Positions 20,154-28,508 of a stretch of 32,000 bases of DNA are shown in pieces. Under the pieces are notes generated by a model, which was given only the letters and a program-made list of their open reading frames with translations, did not search any database and was not told the DNA's origin. Every line of letters begins with the position of its first letter. The stretch's first letter is position 1. This DNA comes from Candidatus Altimarinota bacterium (lineage in GTDB: Bacteria > Patescibacteriota > Gracilibacteria > UBA1369): positions 30,001 through 62,000 of the forward strand of contig JBAZYK010000011.1 of the NCBI GenBank assembly GCA_041659405.1. Reading direction: 5' to 3'. The translations under genes and the position numbers were made by a program.

Positions 20154-20226
20154 GGACTTCCCTGCCCGCGCATTCTTGAGTCCGCGCTCTACCGCGCTTT
20201 GACTCACGCACAAAACAGGGAAGTCC
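20154..20226. repeat. 73 bp multi-stem hairpin element
   Basis: Perfect 11 bp arms GGACTTCCCTG/CAGGGAAGTCC enclosing GAGTC/GACTC and GCGC/GCGC stems. Confidence 0.8.
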
Positions 20227-20235
20227 AATCAAGCA

Positions 20236-21813
20236 TCAAGGTTTATACGTTTTAGCGAATTGCGCGCCAATATCGATCAAATCACTTCCATCAATTTGAC
20301 CATCATAAGTTGTGTCCGTAAGGGCATCAAAAGTTTGGTCCGCATCCACTTCACCAAAATGCTTCGCCAGCTTCTCTAAATCACGTCCATCAACCCGATC
20401 AGAACGATCATTGTCACCCGCCAAACCTCTGGTATCTTTTTGGACAATTTCAACCGGCAAACTCACAATTTGGCCATTCAAAGCCAAAACCTGATAATAA
20501 TATTCATGATTTGGCACAATCGAGCCACCCTTTACCACTCCATCCTTATCCACAAAAGTGGTTTGCGCGATTTCACCCAAACTTATCCACTGACTATGCG
20601 CATCTTTTCTCAACACGCGATAACCGGTAGCGCCAACAACCGCATCCCAATTTAATTGCAAACTATATCTGTCTGTCCCTTCAGCCGCTTTCAAATTGGC
20701 AATTGCAGCAATCTGTTTGTCCTTAGGCGTAAAAGTCTGATCGGTAAATTGCGCAGCAGTATCCTGAGTCGGATTTGCCACAAAACTTTTCGCATCAAAA
20801 TGCAAAGTACTCGCAACCCCATTGCCACCTACCACATCAAATTGAACAGTCAAAAGATCGCCACTTCCGGAAACCCCGGTTTTTACCGCATTAGTTCGAG
20901 CTTCCGCCAAAACCAACTTTCCTTCGATTCCATTTTCAAGCGCCGACTGAAATGAAGTTTGAACCTGTCCATTTTGGCTCAAGAAAGGTTTAATCGCCGC
21001 ACTCTTAAAATGCAAAACTGCCGGATCGTAAGTCAAATCAAAACCATAAGCAAAAAGATCCTGCGCATTGGTAATTTTGAAGGTAACATTAAGCAGATCC
21101 CCCACATAAGGAGTTTGTGAATCCAAACTCAATTCTATTTTCTGACCGGAAACCGGATCAATTTTCTGCGCACTATTCACTCTTTTAGGAGTACCAATAA
21201 TTGCGGATCCGGCAGAAGAAGTGTCCCCTGCTCCGGTTGAACTTGCCCAATTGGAAGCCAGATCGCCATTCGTTGCAGAATCAATACGTTCCATGGAAGC
21301 TTTAGTTACCGCACTACCCGCAAACCAGGCTCCGGCAGAACTATTCACCACATCAATTGAACTATCACCGGAATCAAAAAGTTCCAAACTTTGCCCGCTA
21401 TTGGCCAAGGTAATATTAATAATCGCATCCGCCGTAACAGTATTCACAGCCACTTCACGATCTTCAATCAAAAAATATCCATGCGCCGCAATTGTTCCAC
21501 TCAAAATCGTATAGATATAAGCTCCGTGATTATCGTTGATAGACCAGTTTGTAAGATCAACCACCTGATCCGAATTATTATAGAGCTCAATCCACTCATC
21601 CGTAGAAGAATCCGCAGATCCAGCCCAAGCCACTTCATTGATCACAACCGAACCCGGAGTTGCAGCTTTAGCCCTTAACAAAGAGCCCAACCAGCCATCA
21701 GCAAATCCTAAAGAAAAAACAAAAGTCGCTAAAACGGTAATCGCCAATCCTCGCCAAAATCTTCGCGGAGACGCCTCCGCCCGCAATAAACACTTCATGT
21801 GTTTTTGTTTCAT
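20236..21813 (-). CDS. Secreted lamin-tail domain + cohesin-like + fibronectin III-like + dockerin-like protein
   Basis: VVINEVAWAGSADSSTDEWIELYN (LTD); LSLDSQTPYVGDLLNVTFKI..FDLTYDPAVLHF (cohesin-like); LQLNWDAVVGATGYRVLRK (FN3); DRVDGRDLEKLAKHFG and YDGQIDGSDLIDIGAQFAKTY (dockerin/EF-hand-like). Confidence 0.8.
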   Translation of the reverse strand: MKQKHMKCLLRAEASPRRFWRGLAITVLATFVFSLGFADGWLGSLLRAKAATPGSVVINEVAWAGSADSSTDEWIELYNNSDQVVDLTNWSINDNHGAYIYTILSGTIAAHGYFLIEDREVAVNTVTADAIINITLANSGQSLELFDSGDSSIDVVNSSAGAWFAGSAVTKASMERIDSATNGDLASNWASSTGAGDTSSAGSAIIGTPKRVNSAQKIDPVSGQKIELSLDSQTPYVGDLLNVTFKITNAQDLFAYGFDLTYDPAVLHFKSAAIKPFLSQNGQVQTSFQSALENGIEGKLVLAEARTNAVKTGVSGSGDLLTVQFDVVGGNGVASTLHFDAKSFVANPTQDTAAQFTDQTFTPKDKQIAAIANLKAAEGTDRYSLQLNWDAVVGATGYRVLRKDAHSQWISLGEIAQTTFVDKDGVVKGGSIVPNHEYYYQVLALNGQIVSLPVEIVQKDTRGLAGDNDRSDRVDGRDLEKLAKHFGEVDADQTFDALTDTTYDGQIDGSDLIDIGAQFAKTYKP

Positions 21814-21991
21814 AATTTGTTTTTAAGAAATACAAGAAATACTTTCAGCTAAAAGTATCGCCAAAATATCACCATCAAATTAAAAAAATCTAAACCCAAA
21901 GTGAAATAAACTTAAAAACGCGGGACGCCAATGTTATTCAGCAATCCCGCGCATTAATTTAAAGCCTGCTTTCAACTATGAGACTCCGGAT

Positions 21992-23488
21992 TTATATTTT
22001 CTTAAAAAACTTTTTAACCTTACCTGCGGCCGCATTTACTTTATCGGCAGCACGCTGGGCTTCCGCCTTGATTCTGCTTGCTTCCGCCTTTACTTTATCG
22101 GCAGCACGTTTAAGTTCAGCCTCAACTTTATTCTTAAAACTTTGCGCCTGACCAGCCACAGTTTTAACCTGTTTTTTAAGCTGATTTTTAGTATTACTCA
22201 CATATCGATTCAATTCATTTTTTGCGCTGTTAATTTCACGTCGCAATTCCGCAACATATCTTTTCGCAACACGCTCTCCTTCGGCTGCAACATCTTCATA
22301 TTCACGCTGCATCTCTTGACCGAATCTATCAATGGTTCCTCCAACTGTTTCATAATAATCGGTAAGTTCCCTTTCAATTTCCTTGCCAATTTTTGAGTCC
22401 TGAGCGCGCTTTAGTTCAGCATTAAAATGTTCATTAGCCCTATTAGCTTCCGCAACAACCTGTTTCTTTTCACGACCAAGTTCCGCGGAAACACGTCCCT
22501 TTAATCGATTAAACTCTTCTTTAACCTGGTTTCCAATACGCTTGGATTCCGCCTTTAAAACATCTTCAAAGCGATCATATTCATTGGCAATTTTTCCGGT
22601 AACAGGTTGAAGATAATTTTTATCAAAACGCTTCAACTCAGCCTGGGTTTTTACCATACAAGAAGGACAAGCGATTGAAACAACCGTATATAACGCAACA
22701 TATTGCGGACCAAGATAACTTTGAGCCATGGCATTTATGATCATACTGCGCAAAGTTGCTTTAATAGTTTTTGAATTTACAGGCTTGGTAAAATCAAATT
22801 CGACGCCCGCAAACGCCGGAACCAATTTAGCAAGCGCCTGATTTGCAAGCTTATTCGCTTCCTGCTTGGCATAATTTTTGAATTCATTTTCAACAGCCGC
22901 TTTAATCGCTTTGGTATTTTTTGGATCCTTAATTAATATTTCGGCAAAATTTCTTACACTTTCCTTACCCAACATATTGATGGCAAATTCTCCGGTATCG
23001 GTGACAGCAGTACTAAAAACTTCACGCATAACTTCCTCCACTTTTATGCCGGAAATGCTGCCGGACAAAACGAATTTACCAAGTTTTTCCGTAGATTTTT
23101 TAACGGTATTGGCGATATCTGTTTCCGGATAAAGTTTCAACAAAGCTTCAGGGACTTCCCGTGACGCATACTCAGCCAATATTTTAGATACGACATCATC
23201 TTTGGATTCTTTGTTTTTCTGAACTTCCAGAGACTTTTTTTCTTCTAAAGATTTCACATTGTCTTCAGGAGCGGACCCTTTTAAAGGCGCTTCCGAAGTT
23301 AAAGGATTATTCGCAATAAGAACATTATGTGAAATTCCGGAAGTTTGAACAGCCGCTTTTGGATAAAACGAACTAAAGAATGAACCAAAAACAGACGCTT
23401 CCAAACTGGAAGCATTTGAGTAAGTGACAAATCCAAACATCGTTAGAGCCGCCACCAAAGTAACCATTTGTTTTTTATGTGTATTCAT
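21992..23488 (-). CDS. Secreted long coiled-coil protein, 498 aa
   Basis: Signal-like N-terminus (MVTLVAALTMFGFVTYSNA), C-terminal alanine/lysine-rich coiled coil (KVEAELKRAADKVKAEASRIKAEAQRAADKV). Confidence 0.75.
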   Translation of the reverse strand: MNTHKKQMVTLVAALTMFGFVTYSNASSLEASVFGSFFSSFYPKAAVQTSGISHNVLIANNPLTSEAPLKGSAPEDNVKSLEEKKSLEVQKNKESKDDVVSKILAEYASREVPEALLKLYPETDIANTVKKSTEKLGKFVLSGSISGIKVEEVMREVFSTAVTDTGEFAINMLGKESVRNFAEILIKDPKNTKAIKAAVENEFKNYAKQEANKLANQALAKLVPAFAGVEFDFTKPVNSKTIKATLRSMIINAMAQSYLGPQYVALYTVVSIACPSCMVKTQAELKRFDKNYLQPVTGKIANEYDRFEDVLKAESKRIGNQVKEEFNRLKGRVSAELGREKKQVVAEANRANEHFNAELKRAQDSKIGKEIERELTDYYETVGGTIDRFGQEMQREYEDVAAEGERVAKRYVAELRREINSAKNELNRYVSNTKNQLKKQVKTVAGQAQSFKNKVEAELKRAADKVKAEASRIKAEAQRAADKVNAAAGKVKKFFKKI

Positions 23489-23644
23489 ATGATTTTTGTT
23501 TTAAAAAATAAACACTTCGACATATTATGACACATATCCAGACTTAATGCAAGTGCCAATTCGCAAAAATTAAAAAGCAAAGCCGTAAGACTTAAATGAA
23601 ATTTGCTTTTTGCAATCGCTATGCTAAAATTCGCACACAATTAA

Positions 23645-23919
23645 GCCGCAGTAGCTCAGCCGGTAGAGCGCATCCATGGTAAGAAATTTGCCCATCCCCA
23701 GAGAAATCTCCGGATGAATCCCGAATAACGGTTAAAGGCCTTAAGCAAAAACAAGGTTAAGACCGTGGCCCGCCAAGGCGGGCCCGAACGACTGACAAGG
23801 GTAGCTAAATCCAGAATAGCTGGATATGCTAAAGATACAGTCTAATCCTCAGCAATACATAAAACTGAGGTAACAAATGAAGGATGAGGTCTCGGGTTCG
23901 ATTCCCGACTGTGGCTCCA
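23645..23919 (+). tRNA. tRNA-Thr(GGU) interrupted by a group I intron; exons 23645-23680 and 23880-23919
   Basis: Exons join to a perfect 76 nt cloverleaf: GCCGCAG/CTGTGGC, GCTC/GAGC, CATCC-ATGGTAA-GGATG, TCGGG-TTCGATT-CCCGA, T + CCA. Confidence 0.92.
23681..23879 (+). other. Group I intron, 199 nt, no ORF
   Basis: 5' splice after U, last intron base G; R/S core GACTG(..)/AAAGATACAGTC giving P7 GACUG/CAGUC; GGCCCGCC/GGCGGGCC hairpin; TAGC/GCTA and ATCCAG/CTGGAT between the core strands; CCTCAG/CTGAGG P9-like stem. Confidence 0.88.
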
Positions 23920-23926
23920 GAAATTA
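23910..23926 (+). repeat. Left copy of 17 bp direct repeat TGTGGCTCCAGAAATTA (tRNA-Thr 3' end)
   Basis: Exact match to 24572-24588. Confidence 0.9.
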
Positions 23927-24484
23927 CAAATCAGTTTTAAACCCTATGCTCTGAGAAGATTTGTTTTCGATAGGCTTCGTCAAAGCTTCAATAGTTTTCC
24001 AGACCTTTTTAAATTCGCGATCTGTTTTATTGGCCTGTTTTAACATAAAACTACGTACCTCAGAAAGCTGATCAACTAAGTTTTCATGAGAGGCAAGCGC
24101 ATGACGAAGTCTGACAAAAGCCTTAACAACTTCTATGCTCATTTGAATAGCTCGTTTACTTCTAAGCACGCTGGCTAGCATGACGGTACCGTGTTCAGTG
24201 AACGCAAATGGCATCTTTCTACGGCCTCCACGGTTTGATGTCACAAATTGTGATATCAAATTATCAAACTCTTTGACTGACAGTTGAAACATAAAGTCTT
24301 CGGGGAATCGATCCATGTTTCTATGAACAGCCTGATTGAGAACTCGAGTTTCAACATCGTATAGTTTTGCCAAATCTTCATCCAACATTATTTTCCGCCC
24401 TCGAATCACATAAATTGAATCATCAATAAGCTGAACCGGAATAAGGGCACCAATTTTACTATTTTTCGATTGTTTTTTAATCAT
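23924..24484 (-). CDS. ORF6N domain protein (phage antirepressor/KilA-N associated type)
   Basis: YVIRGRKIMLDEDLAKLYDVETRVLNQAVHRNMDRFPEDFMFQL...GGRRKMPFAFTEHGTVMLASVLRSKRAIQMSIEVVKAFVRLR. Track ORF starts 24505; MIKKQ at 24484 is the likelier start. Confidence 0.92.
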   Translation of the reverse strand: MIKKQSKNSKIGALIPVQLIDDSIYVIRGRKIMLDEDLAKLYDVETRVLNQAVHRNMDRFPEDFMFQLSVKEFDNLISQFVTSNRGGRRKMPFAFTEHGTVMLASVLRSKRAIQMSIEVVKAFVRLRHALASHENLVDQLSEVRSFMLKQANKTDREFKKVWKTIEALTKPIENKSSQSIGFKTDL

Positions 24485-24571
24485 GAAATAATTTATAGCA
24501 AACAAACATTAAATTTTTATAAAAAAAACTTAAAATTTCCCCTCAAATAAGTTCAATTCCCATCCAAGATG

Positions 24572-24588
24572 TGGCTCCAGAAATTAAA
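24572..24588 (+). repeat. Right copy of TGTGGCTCCAGAAATTA, within a tRNA 3'-end remnant
   Basis: Exact 17 bp match; preceded by GTTCAATTCCC, similar to the tRNA T-loop GTTCGATTCCC. Confidence 0.88.
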
Positions 24589-24589
24589 A

Positions 24590-25069
24590 CTACTTCCTCT
24601 TTTCCAAAAGATCCCGGATTTCCGTTAGAAGATGAACCTCTTTGGTTTCCATTGTAAGCATAGGACCAATTTCTTCCGTTTGCTGAACCCCGGATTGAAC
24701 ACTTTGACCAGCTTTTTTGTCTTTTTTCTCCTGCATTTCTTTTAGAGTGTTGAGAATTTTAACCGCAACAAACATTGAAAGCGCGACCAGCACAAAATTA
24801 AAAAGAACCTGAATAAAATTCCCATAATTAACAGAAACCGCACCGGCAAGGACTTTCCCTGCGCTATCCGTTACCTCCGGTTTAAGAATAAATTTAAAAC
24901 TATCAAATTTGATCCCGCCGGTTACATAACCAATTGGCGGCATAATCATGTCGTTCACAAGCGACGAAACAATGCCATTGAAGGCCGTTCCAATCATAAT
25001 ACCAATGGCCATATCAATCACATTGCCCTTGATCGCAAACTTTTTAAATTCGTCCAAAAACTTAAACAT
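24590..25069 (-). CDS. mscL: Large-conductance mechanosensitive channel
   Basis: FKKFAIKGNVIDMAIGIMIGTAFNGIVSSLVNDMIMPPIG and typical C-terminus. Confidence 0.96.
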   Translation of the reverse strand: MFKFLDEFKKFAIKGNVIDMAIGIMIGTAFNGIVSSLVNDMIMPPIGYVTGGIKFDSFKFILKPEVTDSAGKVLAGAVSVNYGNFIQVLFNFVLVALSMFVAVKILNTLKEMQEKKDKKAGQSVQSGVQQTEEIGPMLTMETKEVHLLTEIRDLLEKRK

Positions 25070-25122
25070 GCCCCCAGTTTACCCCAACTTCCCATTTTAA
25101 CAATCCCCACAAACTCTAAAAA

Positions 25123-25295
25123 ACAGCATGAGCGGAGGAAAGTTTGAGCAAAATACAAAAAGATGAGCGAAAAATTCGAAGCAAAGCGTGGATTTTTGAG
25201 GATTGGGTCTCGTGGGCCCCAACTACAAACAGCATTCGCGGAGGAAAGTTTGAGCAAATTGAGGATTTTTGAATGATGGGTCTCGTGGGCCCCAG
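25123..25295. repeat. Two degenerate copies of a noncoding unit
   Basis: CGGAGGAAAGTTTGAGCAAA near 25134 and 25240; GGGTCTCGTGGGCCCCA at 25206-25222 and 25279-25295. Confidence 0.75.
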
Positions 25296-25442
25296 CATGA
25301 AAAAATCCGAATAGTGCGAAAACTTTTCGTAGCGAATACCCTGCCCTTTTGGAAAATACTAAAAAACTTTTCAGGGAAAAGGTTTTTAGATTTAAAAAAA
25401 CTCCATCATGCCGTTGAACCTCAAGGATACTAAACCCCCAGT

Positions 25443-25482
25443 ACCCAGTATGGGTGCCCGCAAACCAACCGCACACGGTTGG
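25443..25482. other. Two adjacent intergenic hairpins
   Basis: ACCCA-GTA-TGGGT and CCAACCG-CACA-CGGTTGG. Confidence 0.6.
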
Positions 25483-25649
25483 ATATATTGAGCCCCCTTA
25501 AACAATGCGAAGAGAGAGTATATGGGGTCCTGACGTGCAAAATAGAGTAACCAAAATGTAACAAAAATCAGCCAAAATATCAAGGACTTCCCGGCTTAAA
25601 AAATAGTCAACTAGCCATTGTATCTGGTCAGTCGACAACGCCCCTATTG

Positions 25650-26294
25650 CTAGGTACCCAAAAAAATCACCGATTTAATGAAAATGGCCATAGTGCTGAT
25701 CAAGTACTGCAAAATCGAATATCCTAAATAATGAGCCAACACATATTGGTCAAAAAGCAAAAAAATGATGAAATATAGCATACTCTTCTGTAAATATCGA
25801 TCATACGCAAGCCGGAATCGCTTAGGAATAAGTATTCCGATCATTTTCGAACCATCCAAAGGCGCAAACGGGAAAAAATTAAACACGCACAGGAAAATAT
25901 TCACATCCAAAATAGTAAATAAAAGACGATCCAGCCACATCGGCATCAAAAATGGCAAATATTTTAAAGGCAGCGCCAATACAAACGCTAAAATCAGATT
26001 CGATACAGGGCCGGCAAAAGCCGTTAAAGACGAATCACGCACCGGACGCCGAAAATAATTTAGATTCACCGGAACCGGTTTTCCCCAGCCAAAATGAATC
26101 AAAAAAAGCATGATCGTGCCCATTGGATCCAGGTGCGCCAAAGGGTTTAAAGAAATGCGCCCGGCCAGTTTTGCGGTTGGATCACCCAGATAATAAGCGA
26201 CCATGGCATGTGAACATTCATGGATTGTAACCGCTACCAGAAGCGCAATAATTACATAAGGATCAAACATATTCGGAACAAAATTAAACTTCAA
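25650..26294 (-). CDS. Site-2 protease family (M50) membrane metalloprotease
   Basis: TIHECSHAMVAYYLGDPTAKLAGRISLNPLAHLDPMGT (HExxH) and FFPFAPLDGSKM. Confidence 0.93.
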   Translation of the reverse strand: MKFNFVPNMFDPYVIIALLVAVTIHECSHAMVAYYLGDPTAKLAGRISLNPLAHLDPMGTIMLFLIHFGWGKPVPVNLNYFRRPVRDSSLTAFAGPVSNLILAFVLALPLKYLPFLMPMWLDRLLFTILDVNIFLCVFNFFPFAPLDGSKMIGILIPKRFRLAYDRYLQKSMLYFIIFLLFDQYVLAHYLGYSILQYLISTMAIFIKSVIFLGT

Positions 26295-26416
26295 ACGGGG
26301 TTATCATATCATTAAAATACTGCACTTAACCTTGAAAAAACAATAAATCATGTTAAACTTACGAAGCTCGCGCCAAAAAGCGCTACTTAATCACACCAAT
26401 TACTAATTTAATAATT

Positions 26417-26680
26417 ATGTCTAAAGTTTGCCAACTATCCGGAAAAAGACCACAAACCGGTCACAATGTGAGTCATTCCAACCGCAAGACAATGCGCCGT
26501 TTTCTACCTAACCTGGTCACCAAAAGAATCGTTGACCCGGTAACCAAGAAAACAATTAAAGTTAAAATGTCCGTTCGCGCACAAAGAACATTGTTGAAAA
26601 ATCCAGCTAAATTCAAGAAACAACTCGCAAAATTGGTAGAGAAAAAAGCGATCAGAGCAGCCGGAAAATCATTGGCGTAA
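26417..26680 (+). CDS. rpmB: 50S ribosomal protein L28
   Basis: [38 protein letters not shown]. Confidence 0.95.
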   Translation: MSKVCQLSGKRPQTGHNVSHSNRKTMRRFLPNLVTKRIVDPVTKKTIKVKMSVRAQRTLLKNPAKFKKQLAKLVEKKAIRAAGKSLA

Positions 26681-26695
26681 GCGAATCTTTAATTA

Positions 26696-26785
26696 GGAGA
26701 GATCGCATAGTGGCCGAGTGCGCATGCTTGGAAAGCATGTAACGTCGCAAGGCGTTCGAGGGTTCGAATCCCTCTCTCTCCGCCA
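26696..26785 (+). tRNA. tRNA-Ser(GGA), 3' CCA encoded
   Basis: GGAGAGA/TCTCTCC acceptor, CATGC-TTGGAAA-GCATG anticodon arm, long variable arm, GAGGG-TTCGAAT-CCCTC T-arm. Confidence 0.95.
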
Positions 26786-26846
26786 GACAACATGCGAGAA
26801 ATGCGGTCCGAAATGGAGCGCATCCGAGCTCCGCGAGGATAAGCGT

Positions 26847-26902
26847 AATGCAGGACTCCGAGTCAAAAATAGCGTGAGTTATTTTTGAACGAGGAGAGCA
26901 TT
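26847..26902. repeat. Imperfect inverted repeat downstream of tRNA-Ser
   Basis: TCAAAAATA/TATTTTTGA core (26863-26871, 26880-26888) flanked by ACTCC...GGAG and AATG/CATT. Confidence 0.6.
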
Positions 26903-26964
26903 TCCCTTGTGCAAGAATTGCGAGGTTTGCGTTCCGAACCAAAGATTTAGTACAATCAAGCCAC

Positions 26965-27510
26965 ATGAAAAAAATTTTATTACCACTGCTACTCATTGTT
27001 TTCATTCAAACGGGTTGTGGTAACGGCGGAATTAAAGAAGAAGCCCACACCCAACGACCGGGTGAGTTTAAAAATGGGCAACTGTATGCCACTTTTAAGA
27101 TAGATAATTTCCAGATGAACTATCCCAATTGGCCGAATTTTGATACAAGCAAAGCGGCCGACGCGGACAAATACAAGCTTGCAGTAGCCAATGAAGGCTG
27201 CAGTTTTATTATTAAAGTCTCACCGGTTCCCTCAAACATTTCCTTTAAAGATTATGCCGAGAATGCGCTTCAAGAAGGGACAAAACTATATCCAACAAAG
27301 ATTTTGATCAAAGACGTTAAGGACACTTTTGCCCATTTTGAAGGCGAAATATCAATGAGCAACGTTATCATGAAAAGTGTTACCTACGCCTATTTCACCG
27401 GCAAAAAAGAATCTGTCAGTGTCGGTTTGGTTGCCCGAAAAGACCAATTTGACCAAGGCTGCACGCCAATAATGGATGAAGCGATCAGCAGCGTTAAAGT
27501 GGACTTCTAA
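26965..27510 (+). CDS. Putative lipoprotein, 181 aa
   Basis: MKKILLPLLLIVFIQTGCGN lipobox. Confidence 0.8.
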   Translation: MKKILLPLLLIVFIQTGCGNGGIKEEAHTQRPGEFKNGQLYATFKIDNFQMNYPNWPNFDTSKAADADKYKLAVANEGCSFIIKVSPVPSNISFKDYAENALQEGTKLYPTKILIKDVKDTFAHFEGEISMSNVIMKSVTYAYFTGKKESVSVGLVARKDQFDQGCTPIMDEAISSVKVDF

Positions 27511-28366
27511 TTCTGGCCAAAGCCACACTTGTAAGTCTGGTATAAATTTGAGTTGTGCGGATACTGCTGTGCCCCAAAAGCTCCTGCAAATAACGAATAT
27601 CCACACCATTTTCCAGCAAATGAGTCGCAAAACTGTGCCGCAACGCATGAAATCCGGCAATTTTATTGATCCCCGCTTTTTGCATAGCCTGCAAAAAAAC
27701 TTTCTGAGCCGTTCGCGAATGCAACTTCCCTCCCCTCTGGCTTTCAAAAACAAAATCGCCCAAACTCTTACCAAAAATAAACGCCTTCAATTCATCTTTT
27801 ATTTTACCCGGCATCACCGAAAGACGATCCTTGCCACCTTTTCCTTTTCGCACACAAACAAGCACACGCTCAAAATCCAAATCAGCCACCTTCAAATTAA
27901 CAACCTCACTCACCCGCAAACCAGATCCATAAGCCAAAGAAAGCATTAACCGATGTTTCTGATTTTTAAGAGCTGCCAGTAGTGCCAAAATCTCTTCCTT
28001 CAAGAAAACAACAGGCAAACGCCGAGATCTTTTCGCAAACTTTAAAGGAATTTGTGTTTGATTCTTCAGCACCTCCCGATAAAAAAATTTAATCGAATTC
28101 AAATAAAGATTCACCGTTTGCGGAGCAAAGCCCTTATCGTGCTTCCACAAAAGAAAAGTCCGAATTTTCTCGACATCCAAAATTTCAATATTAGAGCCCG
28201 CTTCGCAAGCAGTAGCAATAGTCATATCCTGCGGCCCCAAAGCTCTGGAATCATTTTTCAAAAATGCCAAAAACACACTCAAACATGACCGATAAGCCTT
28301 AGCCGTCCGCTGACTATGCCCACGAAGCTTCACTTCCTCCACCAAACGATCCAAATAATATTTCAT
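27494..28366 (-). CDS. Tyrosine recombinase/integrase (XerC/D-like)
   Basis: GSGLRVSEV (R), HALRHSFATHLL (H-x-x-R), ELLGHSS (H), TQIYT (Y); C-terminal IRSPL. Confidence 0.95.
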   Translation of the reverse strand: MKYYLDRLVEEVKLRGHSQRTAKAYRSCLSVFLAFLKNDSRALGPQDMTIATACEAGSNIEILDVEKIRTFLLWKHDKGFAPQTVNLYLNSIKFFYREVLKNQTQIPLKFAKRSRRLPVVFLKEEILALLAALKNQKHRLMLSLAYGSGLRVSEVVNLKVADLDFERVLVCVRKGKGGKDRLSVMPGKIKDELKAFIFGKSLGDFVFESQRGGKLHSRTAQKVFLQAMQKAGINKIAGFHALRHSFATHLLENGVDIRYLQELLGHSSIRTTQIYTRLTSVALARIRSPL

Positions 28367-28508
28367 AACTTTTTTATTATAAAACTAAAGACCCCCAAAG
28401 AAGACTCAATGGAGGTCGGTAGCAAGATGCTACGGAAGAAGAATTGCCAATAACATTGTAGTATTTTTCATTGTTCATGGTCAATTTAAAATTTTTAGTG
28501 CTAGCCCG

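Noticed and set aside
25206-25295. Possible Nextera adapter contamination (GTCTCGTGGGC)
   Set aside because: Only 11 bases match and the sequence then diverges from the adapter; it is part of a larger local repeat.
25018-25476. 152 aa minus-strand ORF
   Set aside because: Translates the degenerate noncoding repeats and overlaps mscL; the repeated peptides simply mirror the DNA repeats.
26652-27005. 117 aa minus-strand ORF containing AEREGFEPSNALRRYMLSKHAHSATMRSL
   Set aside because: This is the familiar spurious translation of the antisense strand of a tRNA-Ser gene, overlapping tRNA-Ser(GGA) and the rpmB end.
27352-27949. ORFs of 140 aa and 157 aa overlapping the recombinase gene
   Set aside because: Shadow frames of a well-supported tyrosine recombinase and the lipoprotein gene.
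27494-28366. Calling the recombinase a classical IntI
   Set aside because: The IntI-specific insertion is not visible in the translated sequence, so only XerC/D-like tyrosine recombinase is supported.
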